DNA of 64,000 nucleotides from Yuukianura sp. NJ FZ-2021 (Eukaryota): NCBI GenBank assembly GCA_046563655.1, contig CM102288.1, positions 2,418,001 to 2,482,000 of the forward strand, read 5' to 3'. Shown piece by piece: positions 51,522 to 64,000 of this stretch (position 1 is its first letter; each line of letters starts with the position of its first letter). The notes under the pieces were generated by a model. It saw only the letters and a program-made list of their open reading frames with translations, ran no database searches and was not told where the DNA came from. The position numbers and the translations under genes were made by a program.

Positions 51522-54091
51522 ATGAGGCCAATGACTGAGACGAGGTGAGTTAAGTAGAAGAGATGAATTAGTTTGAACTTAATTATTCGCATTTACACGT
51601 AACCCAATATGGAACATATCCTGAATCCTCAGATGAACGTAGTAATGTAGGTGAACTCATGCAGTTAGATGCAATGAATTTGGCCGGCAATTTCTTCCGG
51701 GTTTAAAAAAAGTTAATGACATGATTCACTTACCTAAACTAATTGTTTGTGTTTCTGCTTCCAGGAAACGAAGGCTCAGCGATCCACAACTGGCAAATAA
51801 GAGACTGAACAATGGACTTAGCAAGGTGGACCATGACCATGTGCTGACAAGGTCACAGGCCAAAAATGATCCCACCCCTAGGGTCAGTCCTTCAAGGATA
51901 GTCAAGCAGAAGAGGGGCTTGACGACTGAAGAGCGACGACTACTAATTTCGATGCGTCTTCGTCATGAAGAAAAGCATACAACCCAGGCGAGTATCAATG
52001 CCAGTCAAGGACACGAGGAAAACAAACGGCGACATTCGAAGAATTCGAACAAGAATCAGTTCGTCAATGGTCGTGCTAATGGATTGTCCTCTCCAGTCAA
52101 GACGTCGGTGCGCTCAAAACTTCGATCCGTAAATGATCTACACAGTGAAAGCAATGGTAGGTCAATCCAGGAGACCATAAAGAAGACAAAGCGACGTTCA
52201 TCTCTTTGGGTTCTAAACTGCGAAGCGGAATCTTTCCTATTTGGAGAAACTGCTGCTGAAGATCAAGAAGTTGAGTTGCCTCCTATAACTTCTCCACCAA
52301 AAAAACGGTATTGGTATTATTTTATTGTTTTTGTTGTGATAAAAAGTTTAAAGTAATTGGGAAACTTATCTTTAGCGAGTATTGTACTCTATTTCCTAAA
52401 CGTATTTGCAGACGCCGAGTTCGCACAACAGAGCTAGGAGAATTACTCAAGGAAACGCCGTTGCTGGGGTCCAAGCTTCGAAATGCAGCGAACGGTTGTT
52501 GCGAAAGTGAAGTTTCGAGCGAAACTTCTGATCGTCCAAGGGGCAAGCCGAAACGAACCGACAACAACAACAAGCGTCGCTTTAGTCGAACAAAGAATTC
52601 AAGCAGGGTACAACGGAAACTGGAAATGGAATCGTCAAATTCAGAAGCTGAAGTAGACGACGAAGATGACAGTGGTTCTAATTTGGAGTTTCCGGACTTA
52701 AGTTATACACTGATGCTGGAAGCTGCTGCTGCTGCTGCTAACTCCAGTAGCAGTATTTCACAGAACGATTCCTCTACGTCGTCGGAGCAGTCCGTCCGAA
52801 TTAAACGTATCCTTAACTCTATGGAGTATTCCTTTTCATTTGAGGTAAGAAATAGTACACTTTTTTTCGCTTACTGCTTTTATTTCATAATATGAGTTTT
52901 TTTTAGAACGTTCCTAGTTCAGAGGTGTGGTATCGTACGTTTTTGCATCAAAATCGTCCGCGTCACACCTTTCACTCGCCTATCAGAAGTTCAGTCATCC
53001 TCCCCTATGAAGCGAAGGCAATAAATAGGGACTTGGAGAAGAGACTGCGACGGCCGCCGAGAAAGTCACCACGCTGTCACGCTAGCACTCAAGCGATTCT
53101 ATCAGCCTTGAAACCAGCACGAGGTAGTCGTTCAGCTGGAGTTGGCCCCAGACCTCCATCTCCTTCATCCTCTACGCCTCTACCCAGTACCAGTAGTTCA
53201 AAATCCAAACCAATCAATATTGCATCTCATATCCAGGAAACGCCCGTTTCTTCTTGTCCCGTTCATTCTCTTCCTACTCTGGGATCTCAGATTCTATTTT
53301 CCAGTTCTACTCCTTCAAGTCACCAACAACAACCACCTCTCGTTGCTCCAAATGCAATTTCAAATTGCATAAGCGCTTGTGAGCTGACGGCCACGCAGTA
53401 CTTGTGGGACTCTATTCAATTTCTATCAGATCCTTACGTTATACACGTCCTGAACCAGTCGGATCCTCGGAGCACCTCTAAGTCCAGAATTCGAAGCCCT
53501 TTGAACAAAATGGAAAAGAATTCATTGGAAGTCTCAATGGGGAAATCAAGCGGGAAGCGTTTAGGCACAATCTACGTTAATCATAACAACAATATCAAAT
53601 CGCCGCTGAAGTTGGTGATTCCATCTCCGAAGACTTCTCCTGGACCAAGGGTTTCTTCTGCTGGAACTTGCTCGTCACCATCACCCACTTCGTCACCACA
53701 TTCTCAAAATGGAAACTGTTCAAAACTAGAGCTCCGACGTGTTCTTCGATCTCCGACAGCCTCAGTTTCGTCACAAGCAGGCGCTTCTTCTCCAGGCTCG
53801 TCTCCAGCCAATGCCCTTCTGCCTTCTCCACTACTTCAATCACCGACTCCTGGAACTGTTCGGAAGTCTACTCGGAAGGGGTCTGGCCTAATCGTCGCTG
53901 CTGAATCTAAAACATTTCACGTAAAGCATAGCTCTTATACTAGTACCAATTTAGGGTCAAAGTTCAAGTCAGTTTCGCCCAAATTCTCGTCCTTTCCAGT
54001 TTTGCCTCAGCCATCACCTACAGATGAGGCGCTTCTTACTGCTGAAAACTCTTTGTCTTTACCGGATTTTCCTTGGGATACTTTCGTTTAA
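51522..54091 (+). CDS. Basic, Ser-rich putative nuclear protein resembling the Chiffon C-terminal (Chiffon-B) region
   Basis: Spliced ORF (MRPMTETR|KRRLSDP…) with conserved-looking islands LNCEAESFLFGE, YSFSFE|NVPSSEVWYRTFLHQ…ILPYE and RKSPRCHASTQAILS. The family call is from memory. Confidence 0.6.
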
Positions 54092-55429
54092 GTTACGACT
54101 GTCAGCAGTTCAAGGTCAAGTTAGCTTTAACTGTAGTTCCTTAATATCTATTTCTTTCACAATGTTCTAAATAATACGGCAAGTTGTGTTGTGTTCTAAG
54201 CAAAAATTAGTCTTAAACCTAAATGTAGCATTATTCACTGGAATTGTTTGTTTAGAAAAAGCGGCTGCTGTTTGAATTTCTGTCTGGTTTTTAGACGGAA
54301 ATTGCAGGGAGAGGTGCACATGTTGAGTGCCGATTGAAGTTTTCTGGTGCAGGATTTTCAGAAATGGAAGTGATTTGTAAGTTAAATGTTAAGCGGGGTA
54401 ATTGTTAAATCCTTAGTTTTGAACAGGATTTTCTAGAGTTGGCAAAATTTTCAAATCGGAGGGATATGTGTTAAGTTTGCTGAAAAAATGTTCAATTTTT
54501 TAGGAATTCAGAAAAGGAAGAGCTAAACGTTGCGTTTGTTATAGTTAAAATACACTCGGTATTATTATATAAATCTAGACGATATAATATTCAATCATTT
54601 TTATCATAATCGGGGTACCGATGCTTACTAAATTTGTTTACCTAAGTTTAATTATTGCTAAAAATAGTAAATTTTTGTACATACAACATAATTATGTCAC
54701 CAGTGTTTTTGGTAATCGAATCAAGTAATGTTAAAAGTTAAGAAAGTTTCACCTGTAAGGTAAGTAACCTAATTGTTGTAATACGAGTAACACACTAGTT
54801 TTTAGGGAGTTAAGAGGGGTAGCGCTGGAGAAAGCGATTCCCTAACTAAATTGTTAAGTTTATCAAGTTATTAAAGAGAGGGACAAAAATGTAACGATTT
54901 TCTTTAAAAATCGAAGGAGAAAGTCTAAAGAAGGAAAAATACACTGCCAAAGATTTTTTTCTTTACATTTTATTAACTAAACTGTGAAGAGTTACAAGAA
55001 AATCTTTTAAGATGAAATGAAGTTTCAAGTTATAAATTTTCAGAGAGAAAGGAGGGCGGTAAGAATTTTTTTTACTAAGATGATTTTTTTGTTCGAATTT
55101 AGGTTTGGGATATTTAACAAAATTTGGAATAAAATTGATGACTTTTGAATACTAAAACGTGCAAATATATTAATTTTTAACGATCTCTTACAACTTTCAA
55201 TTGAAATTGCATTACAAATTAAATGAAGATTAAGAAGAATTGAAGCTGAAAACGCTAATTTTTTAACGCTTTTTTTTTATAAGTAATTAAGCAATTAACT
55301 GAGTTCGTTAATTGTGCGAATTTTGGAGAAAATATGAAAGAAGATTTGCAAGGAATAAATTACGAATTTTTGGAGCATTTGATTCCCATAAAGCAGGAAA
55401 AGACGCCGCTGTTTGTGTAGAAAAGATGA

Positions 55430-56450
55430 CAGGAGATTACAAGGCACGAAAAGGCTCCTCTCCCTCTCCCTCCTTTGGCTGCGAGCGAAGCGAGTGCGGG
55501 AAAAAAATTTGCTGCAGGGTGGGCATGTAGCCTTTCTGGGTCGTATGATCCCCTTGCAGCTCCGGACAGTTTCCAAGCAGGCTCCTCTATTTCACCATGT
55601 AAAATCTCTTCCAGAAAATTTTTAAAAATCAAAAACTTTGAAAATTCATATCTCTTGAACGGAATGCGTTAGAAAGCTAATCTCTTCACGAATAACTTTT
55701 AAAAAATGTGAAGAATTGTTAAAAATTTTAAAAAGTTAAAAAATGAAAATAAAACTTTGATAAAAATATTTTAAATCTGTCGGAAACTTTCTTGTTCACT
55801 TTTGAACTGTTTCAAAATTTAAAAAATACTGTATGTTGTTCTGAATTTAGCTGTGAAGAGATTCCCTTACTAATGCATTCCGTTCCCGAGAAATGAATTT
55901 TGAAACTTTTTCGAATTTTGAAATATTTTGTATGGAAAAAAGTTTGAATGGACGAAAAAGTTGAGGGATTAATCCATTCAAAACTGTTCACTTTTCTACT
56001 CAACTTTTTCACTTGCATACAAATAAACACACAATTCCGTTTTTACAAATTTCAAAAAATTTCCACTTTGCAGTGATTTCTGTGACCCCATCGGCAGCCT
56101 CATATTGCAAAACAACATTTCGCGTAATTTGGTGCAAAAATTTTCTAAAACCCCACTTTCAAAATATGAAATTCGGTCAATTTTAAAAAATATCAGTTGA
56201 AAACTTTTTGCTCGCTTTTGTACTTTTTAAACTTTTAAAAAATACTTTAGGTTGTTCTGAATTTAGGCGTGAAAAGATCTACTTGTTAAGGCAATCCATT
56301 CCTGAGATATTAATTTTTAAAGTTTTTTGAATTTTGGAATATTTTGTTGTTGAGTTCTGAAGAGTCTGCTTGGATTTTGTCCGGAGCTATGCGGGGATCG
56401 TACAGTCAGAAAAGGCTCCTCACCTTCCTCCACTCTTTACCGCCGCCAGA
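55430..56450. repeat. Palindromic/MITE-like composite repeat
   Basis: About 55530-55590 is the reverse complement of about 56360-56420. About 55790-55930 is a direct repeat of about 56208-56347, and about 55615-55695 is its inverted copy. Confidence 0.65.
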
Positions 56451-57507
56451 ATTTCCATACAAAAGCAAGGCAGACGAAGTTCTCGTATCCACCTTTTCGC
56501 GACGTATAATCTCCGATCTCAAATTTCTCAAAATTCATGTTGCACACTCGGAACTTCTTGTTTTGAAAAACACGAAATGACGCAGAATCTTTCGCTCCAA
56601 AGCTACGCAAACTTTCCTTCGCTCTTTTAAAAAAAAAAACTTTCTCCAAAGCCTGGAAATTTGAAACAACACCAAATTGTAATTATTAAATTATTATTAT
56701 TATTATCAAATAATAAGTTTTAGAAAATCTAATTTGAGGACGACCATTTATATTCAGTCCTATTTATTTTATTATTTCTTCTTTTTTTGGAAAACTCTTT
56801 ACAATTTATAATAAACTATTAGCACAACCTTTATAATAATTTTGAATGGATTCCAATCAGTTTATGAAAGGAAGTCAACAATCTCAAAATTTTCAATTCT
56901 ACAAATACTAAAAAAGAACGTTTTGGAAAACAATTTAAGTTTGGCACTCTACGAATTAATTTCAGGAGTTTTCTTTTGTGTTAATTTCTAAATTAATTAA
57001 ATTTATAAAGTCAAAATCAGGTAATAAGCAAGGAAGGGGTCCTCAGCAGCACTTTTTTCTTCAAAAAATCTTAGAGATTCTTTTTTGAAAATTACAATTT
57101 TGTTTTGCTGAAGAATTAATTAATTGGTGGTAATTGTTTCAGTTTTTAAATAAAGTCAATCAATCTGTACTCATCTTGCAGCAGAACTTCGCTTCTAAAA
57201 AATTGAACAAAACCTTCTTTACGAGAGTTTTCGGAGTGCTTTTCTAAAACCTACTAAAAATCTAAATTCGTCACAGACTTGTTGAGGTTCGAGATTTTTT
57301 AAACAATCTCGAGTTAACTTTTGCTTGTAAACAATCCCTTTTAAACAAGGTAATTTACATGACCATGAAGTCAACGAGCGCTTGCTCCATTGTTTCAAAT
57401 TTTGAACGTTCCAGCTCAAATTTAAAACAAAGCGATGAGTGAGTTATCACGCCAATGAAGATGCACAGAAGCATTCAGCCGAAGTTCTAAGTTTTGCATC
57501 CTTAGCA

Positions 57508-60500
57508 TCAAACGTTCATTGAATAAGCTTCTTTGTGTTGTAGATGTTCTTCATCAGTGGCTCCTTCTGGAACGCCGCGCTCATTCATCATGACGTTCAC
57601 ATGCGGATGGCTGTTGTGTGGATTATTTAAATTGTTAATCCCGATTCCAATTGGTGCTGGAGCAGAGACAATGACTCCGCCTCCCTGGGGAGCTGTACTG
57701 GTTCGAGGAGGTACTGGCGGGGGTTGATTGTAGTACCGTATCGGAGGTCGTATCGGCGGTCCGTAGTAGCTCATTCCCATCGGTATGGGCAGAATCGGAG
57801 TTTGTTGTGTTGGACTTGGAGTTTCTGGAACTTTGTGCTGAGACGATGCTGACGACGGGGCTGCCGGCTGTTGCGGGATTTGTGGAATTTTGCTAGGATG
57901 GGCCTCTACGCTCATTGCCGAATAGTGTAAAAACAATGGACGACCAATGAGATTCGGAATTCTTCGAACTGTGCCATAAACCGGCTGATTCTGTGGTGGT
58001 TGTTGAGCACCAGTGGTAACCAAATGATTGAAAGGGAGCGTACTGTTGTGATGTGGATGTGGTAGAGTACTGACGCTCCAAGAGTGCGGTCGATTGTGAT
58101 AATTGGTTATAAAGTTTGGAGCACCACCAGCAGTTGCCGTTTCAAAGGATTGCCGTATCATTTCAAAATGAGCACGAGATTCATCAGTTTGTCGACCAGG
58201 AGTCATATTTTGAAATTCATAAGAGAGTGACGTTCGAGCGGCATTGGGGTCGATTTGATGAGATTCTGCTGACATTGACATTGCTGGCGGCGGAGGGGGA
58301 GGAGGTGGTTGACCAGTGGAATTTGGAGGTGGAAGACGTGTATTTTCATACTCATTTTGATGATTTGTGCTCATTCCCATCGCTGGACTCTCCATTTTCC
58401 TATTCGTAAATTGGGCAAAAATTTGATTCGTCGATGAGAATTTTGGTTTGATTCCTTTGACAGAAGGGCGACGTGAAAATCCATAGTCATCTCCTTCCTC
58501 TCCGTAACGTTTTCGAATTCGTTCTATCCTAGCTCCATCTTTTGTTATGAATTTCTCCAATTCTAATTCCGTTCCCTTGAGGCCATCTTCAATGTCTTCC
58601 AGCGTGTAAGAGATTTGCTTAATTTTGGCTTCATGGACATTTCCAGACGGCATGCGCATTGACGTTTCCACAAAATGTTCTTCTGACGTTGATGTGCCAG
58701 CATCGGACTTCCTCGTAGAATTCCCGGGAGAAGACGAAGAGGCAGGCAGTGGGAGTCCGTTTTTATCACGGGGTGAGGGCCAAGTAGCAAAACCGGATTG
58801 GTTGGAATCAGAATCTTCATCTTCGAGAGAGGTCAACCAGCGTAACTTCTCTACAAGCGTTGAGCACTCAGGTTTCTTATTTTTTCGTGAGCGTAGAGTA
58901 GAATCCACTGCAAGTCGAATCTGTTCTGACGTTCGAAGTGGAGCCGTTCCAATGGACACTTTGGTAGGAGGGCCTTGTGTTGTGCCAGCATCACCATCAT
59001 ACGTATTGGTAGAAGTTGAATACGAATTTGTCATTTGAATCGAACTGGGGAGTCAAAACAAATAAAATTGTTAGAAAACAGCAATTTGCATTTAAATTTT
59101 TAGTATCCAGGTTTTACTTTCAGTACCTTGACTCCGTGCATTTGACTACATCCGGCTCTTCTGGTGGAGAAACGACTTTCTTCCCGTCTGAACTATTAGA
59201 ACGCCACAGTCGTCCCCCTTTGAGAATTCCTCCAAGTCTGCAATGTGCAAATATTCACACGGTAAATCCATTGGGATCATCTTACAGAATTTCACATCAC
59301 AGATCACATTCCCCGTTTACTCTCAATTCCTGCCTTCACCTCCTTCGACAACCTTCATTTTCTTCCAAGTGAAAGTGAAATTTCAAGTTTCAAGCTTAGA
59401 ATAGTTCCTTGGGCTGAGCCCAACTTTCACTTCTCCCACCAGAAAAACTCATCAAGACTCCTATTTTCCATTTTGGGCCTTAATGGTGACAGGTTGCTCT
59501 CAATTTATCATTTCTGGACAAAACCTCAACGTCCATCAATCACGACCATTCAATTCCCAGCTATTTGTCCTCTCTCATCCCTAAATCTTTGCAAAATGCT
59601 TGTTTGGACAGAAACCGGAGTCCAATTTCAAGAAACGATGTCTTACCGAAGTCCTTTCTTCTTATTCGTTTCCTCTTCGACCTCTTCGTCTTGGCCATTG
59701 GTCAACCCCGCTGGGTCTCGTAAAAATACTTTTCGTCTGGCCGTTGGAGGAGATGGTGGACTAACACGGGTCACGTCTGTAACATTGCAAAACACAAAAT
59801 CAATAAAATCAACTTCCAAATACCACAGACTTTTTTGCAACTTTTCCCATCGTTTTCTTGAAAGTAAAGCGAAAAGAGGCAGTTCATGTTGATTGTAAAC
59901 ATTCCAGAATTCTTAGAATTGGTTCAAAATAGAAGTCGCTTATTCCAGCCCCCTAACACTCTTTCCGTGCTTTCACGTTTGGCAAAACAAATTGAAAACA
60001 GTCAACACGTCTCTCCAAATCGCCGGTAACTTTCCGGGCTTTTCCGAAAACCAACGGAAGGTGATCCATACTTTCAGGGCAGAGCGGTAGGAGGCTGGAG
60101 TAAACGTTTTACAAAATTTCTTCTTAATCTTACGCCTGCGCTTGACTGACCTGGGTCACCATGGAATTCTTGGGGGAAGAACCGATCTTTATAGCCCTCC
60201 GGCGGTGACAAAGTCGGTGGTTCATCATATTCCACCGGTAGTGGAAGTGGTTCGTAGTGATACATCTCTTCCCTCTCCCGTCGTTCAAACTCTTCTTGTC
60301 GAAACCGAGCATAATCATCTTCATGTACCCAGCATGAACACTCAGCATCGTAAAACAAGTTTAGACTTTCGTTGAACGTCACACATCGCCCTTTCCTTCC
60401 TTTAGAATTTCCCGGCTTCCGGAGAACGCTTCTGAGCAGCCTTGACTCGGTTCCATTGTTATTGATCACAAGCAGACGTTGATGTTGTGCAGTGTGCATT

Positions 60501-63500
60501 CCTTCTGAAAAAAAGAAAGCAAAAAACACGATTAAAATTTCATAAAAATCTTTACTGCAGATTGTTGAAAAGTTCACTCTCATAAAAGGTAAAAGCAGTG
60601 TAGAAATCATGCTTCATGTTTTATCCCTCATGCTAATTAATGACACCTTTTCATTGATCCTGACCCTTCAAAATTAGCCGGAAATTAATCCGAAATCACT
60701 CTTCTAAAACCCTGATTTACATTCAGTGGATTCCGGATGGACGGCCATACACGCCATATTTGATTAGTTCCAGGGTCTCATCTGGCACCAAATCTTTCAA
60801 CGCAACTCTCCCGGGTATCTGCCCCCAGCGAAAGTCGTTCTAAACGACCCGAATTCTCCTCCGCCTCACTCTAAACCTAAACCAACTAGCTCCCGGGTGC
60901 TTTTAAAGGAGATGAATAATGAATGAAGTTCTGGAGGGAGCCAGAAGAGATGATCACCTGAATTCGGGATTGAATTGGACAGGCAAGGGCAACACTCACT
61001 GCCAGCACAAAAGACAGACCAGCATTCACTGCCAACACACAAAAAAGACTTGTTAGGGTTTCCTGTTTCAACTAAAAGTTGGCAAATGGCAACTGGAAAC
61101 TGGAGAACTCGCTAGGAGAACAAACCCAATCAATACCCGTCAGAGACCATTTCTAGATTGAAGTCCGCATGCACATTCTACCGTTAATAATCTAGCACAC
61201 ACAACTTTAACTTTTTTTACAAAAACTTTATACCAAAAACGAACCTAACTTTACCCACCCTAGTCAACTTTAGTATGAAACTTGCTTCAAATCTAGGAAA
61301 TTTCTAGGAAAAAGCAGGACCGCTAATCCTGAGACTGAGTGGCCTACTTTACGCGTGCATGGTTAAGACGGCTTTAAGAAAAGGCTTAAAACTTCTTGCT
61401 TTTCATTCAATGCACAGAATGGAGCATGGAATTGCACCAGCAGTGACTACGGTAACTAACAATGACGCTCTTCTTTCATTTCTCACTTGGAGACACGCTG
61501 CTTCAAAATGCTAGAAGCAGTGAAAGCTCACTTTCACTCGCTAATCCCTCCCCGATTTTCTTCATTTAAACCTTGGCGCCTCTCCATTTCTTAAGTTTAA
61601 ACCTTCTTCCCAAAAAAAGTGAAAGGAAAGTCAACTTTATTGATTCTCTTGAACATGGAAAGCATTTGTCCGTAAAGCCAAAGCTGCAGCAGCAGAAGGC
61701 TACTTAACTTTCTCTTGTACTTTTTTTTTGTTAACAAAATCCTAAATGCATCGAACCAGAACATAGAGTTAAGTTTTTTAGCAAAAGAGAAAGTTGACGA
61801 AACTTTTTTTTTCTGTTTCAAGTTTTTACCAAAAGAAAAATTCCCCGTTGCAACTTGAGAGGGTAAATGAAAGTCACCGTAGCCTCTTCCTTTCAAAACT
61901 ACTCAATTGCCTCCTACGTAAACTTCAAAAAACTATAAAACAAAAAGTTGAAGAGATACACCTCTTACAACTTGCCTAAGGAACTTGGAAACTGAGCTCA
62001 AAAGAGTGTGAAAAGTAGCTAAAAAGCTCAGGGAGACAAAGGGATTTTCTAAAACTTCAAAAACTTGTGAAAGTGGAAACATGAAAACTTGGATGAAAAG
62101 AACCTCTTTATTTGCTTTCATCTTCTCACAAAAATTTTAGGAAAAAAATGACCTGAAGAAAACAAGTTTCTTGGTCAATTATGTCCCAGTGAAGTTGGAA
62201 TTAGTATGAAAAAAAAAGTTATAAAATGCGAAAAGAAAAATTGGATGGGAACTTTCTCCAATTTGCACTAATCAAACAATGGAGCGAAAAGGAAAGTTCT
62301 CTCCAAGGAACAACAATAATTATATATTAACTTTTAGCTACACAAAAAAAAACAGAAATGAGCTTGTTCAAATGAATTTTAGCCCTGTTTAATTTAAAAT
62401 TGAAAACTAAACAGTGTTTAGGTTTTTCTGACTAAGTTCAAAGTCAAATGAATTTCTCAGTGAATTCACCCATAGTTGTTCAAAAAAATTCAAAGTTTCC
62501 ATTCAGCGACGTTAAAGCTTACCTAACCAAGAGATTTTTTTTTTGACAAATGTTGACTTTGAATTTGAAAAGGGAAGGGCGCGGATTCACAAAATTTCGT
62601 GCCATTTTGCCAAAAAAGGACGAAAGGGGATAGGGAAGTCAAGCGGAAGTGGGAGTGAAAGCCATCGGTTAATTTAGTTTCGTCAGTTGATGTCCTAATT
62701 TCCTGTTTCATCCCAAAAACCTAAGCATTTCTAACCATAGAACAAACTTTGCTCATCTCCATTAACCTAACAAACCTTATCCCACACACTAGCCTCATAA
62801 ACCTAACCTAAACACTAGACTAATTAGCCAGCAGAAATCAACTGGAGGGCGGAACCTAGCCAACATTCTAATTCGATTTAAACTCATCATCCAAAAACTT
62901 CATTTAATCAATCACACTGCTAAAAACACAGCAACACATTCTCCCTTCAAAATTAGTTTAGCTGAACTTCACTTTGTAAAATGTCAAATTCTGTCGGAAA
63001 ACAACAACAACAGAGAGATGATGAAAACTTTCTAAAGTCGTGAGCCGTCTACATGTAGATACTCAAATCTCAAACAGTTTCAAGCGTTTCTTTAGCATTT
63101 GAGGCACGTATGCCAAATTAACTTTCTGCCACTAACGGGGACCCTCAGCCTCAAGCGGCACCATCAAGCAGCGCCTTTGGTCACAGTCACAGTGCGTAGC
63201 TTTTACAAATTTCAAAATCTGCTGCTCCTTTGTGTATTTAAGATTAGTCTATGTCTCCTTAGGGAAAACTTTGGTGCGTTGAGTCAAATAGGTATAATCG
63301 TTTTTGTTGAAAACTTGTGAAACTGTCAATGTGGTGCCAAGAATTACTAAAACTGAAACGGTTTTGATTATGTTAACACTCAAAGTTACTCAAATTCACT
63401 CCTCCGAATGCCAAAAGCTATGCTTGAGGAACAGAAACAGACATATTTCACAACAACTTTTCTAGCAAAAAAAAAAGTGAACAATTTTGTTTTGGAATCC

Positions 63501-64000
63501 AAATCAAATAATTTTTCCAACAAAACTGGAGAAAGCGAGAGAAAAGTGACAAATTTGCCAAAAGTAACAAGGTTGCCAAAAAATTGACAGTTTTTCTCCT
63601 TGTTCTAATAAATTGAATTCTCTCAGCAGGGAATCAATTTACGAAAAAAAAATATTTTCTATGACGAGCTCTCATAACGTTTGACAAATTATAAAAAACC
63701 AACCTCCTATTTGTCTCCTTCTACTCCTTCAACGATTCGTTTTAACTTTCACTTTTAAAATTGGGATCCTAAACAACGAAAACCAAAAATATCATTACCT
63801 GTCTCCACGCTAGACGATTCTGTGTTGTCTTCCTTCCCTTCTCCAGCAGCGATTTCCGGAATTTCGTCTGGAACGACGTCGTCTGGAGATTCGACCTGTT
63901 CGACCTCTGCTAATTCTTCCGGAATCAAACGACCACCGTTTTCTTCTCCTCCACCTTCAGCCTTTCCCTCTTCTGATCCACTCTCTCCAAGGTCACGGCA
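57508..64000 (-). CDS. 3' part of a large low-complexity protein with PP1-docking-like motifs; gene starts beyond the window
   Basis: Acidic exon 64000-63799 has a phase-1 donor matching the phase-1 acceptor near 60504. Further exons lie near 59776-59647 and 59238-59128, plus a terminal 500+-aa exon ending at 57508. Confidence 0.75.

Noticed and set aside
60600..63790. Short ORFs in the long AT-rich interval
   Set aside because: They lie within a phase-compatible intron and show no coding signal, though alternative first exons cannot be excluded.

Overview
Gene-dense, AT-rich eukaryotic (animal) DNA with short GT-AG introns. Gene content and style suggest a hexapod, probably a springtail (Collembola); this is an inference. 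About 19 protein genes can be reconstructed: two tandem acyl-CoA delta-9-type desaturases, a Tha p 2-like Cys-rich secreted peptide, a Tyr-rich unknown, a SEC14/CRAL-TRIO protein, a Cys-rich surface protein, an ABCH transporter cut by a 100-N gap, a small spliced HEPN/DUF4145-like gene that the ORF track misses, DJ-1, Cow/testican, CDK5 activator p35, RpL37A, ACBP, an ephexin-like RhoGEF, two CBM14 chitin-binding proteins, a multi-TM protein, a repeat-rich surface protein, DGAT1, a putative stand-alone Chiffon-B-like protein, and the 3' part of a large protein with PP1-docking-like motifs. Most interesting are (1) an intron-containing, bacterial-type HEPN (RxxxxH) gene with a new N-terminal acylation signal (20724-21197, minus strand), (2) a Chiffon C-terminal-like gene with no Dbf4 part, and (3) a TTAA-flanked insertion without TIRs, whose empty site is visible in the paralogous desaturase copy. 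All family assignments come from motif recognition by eye; no searches were run.
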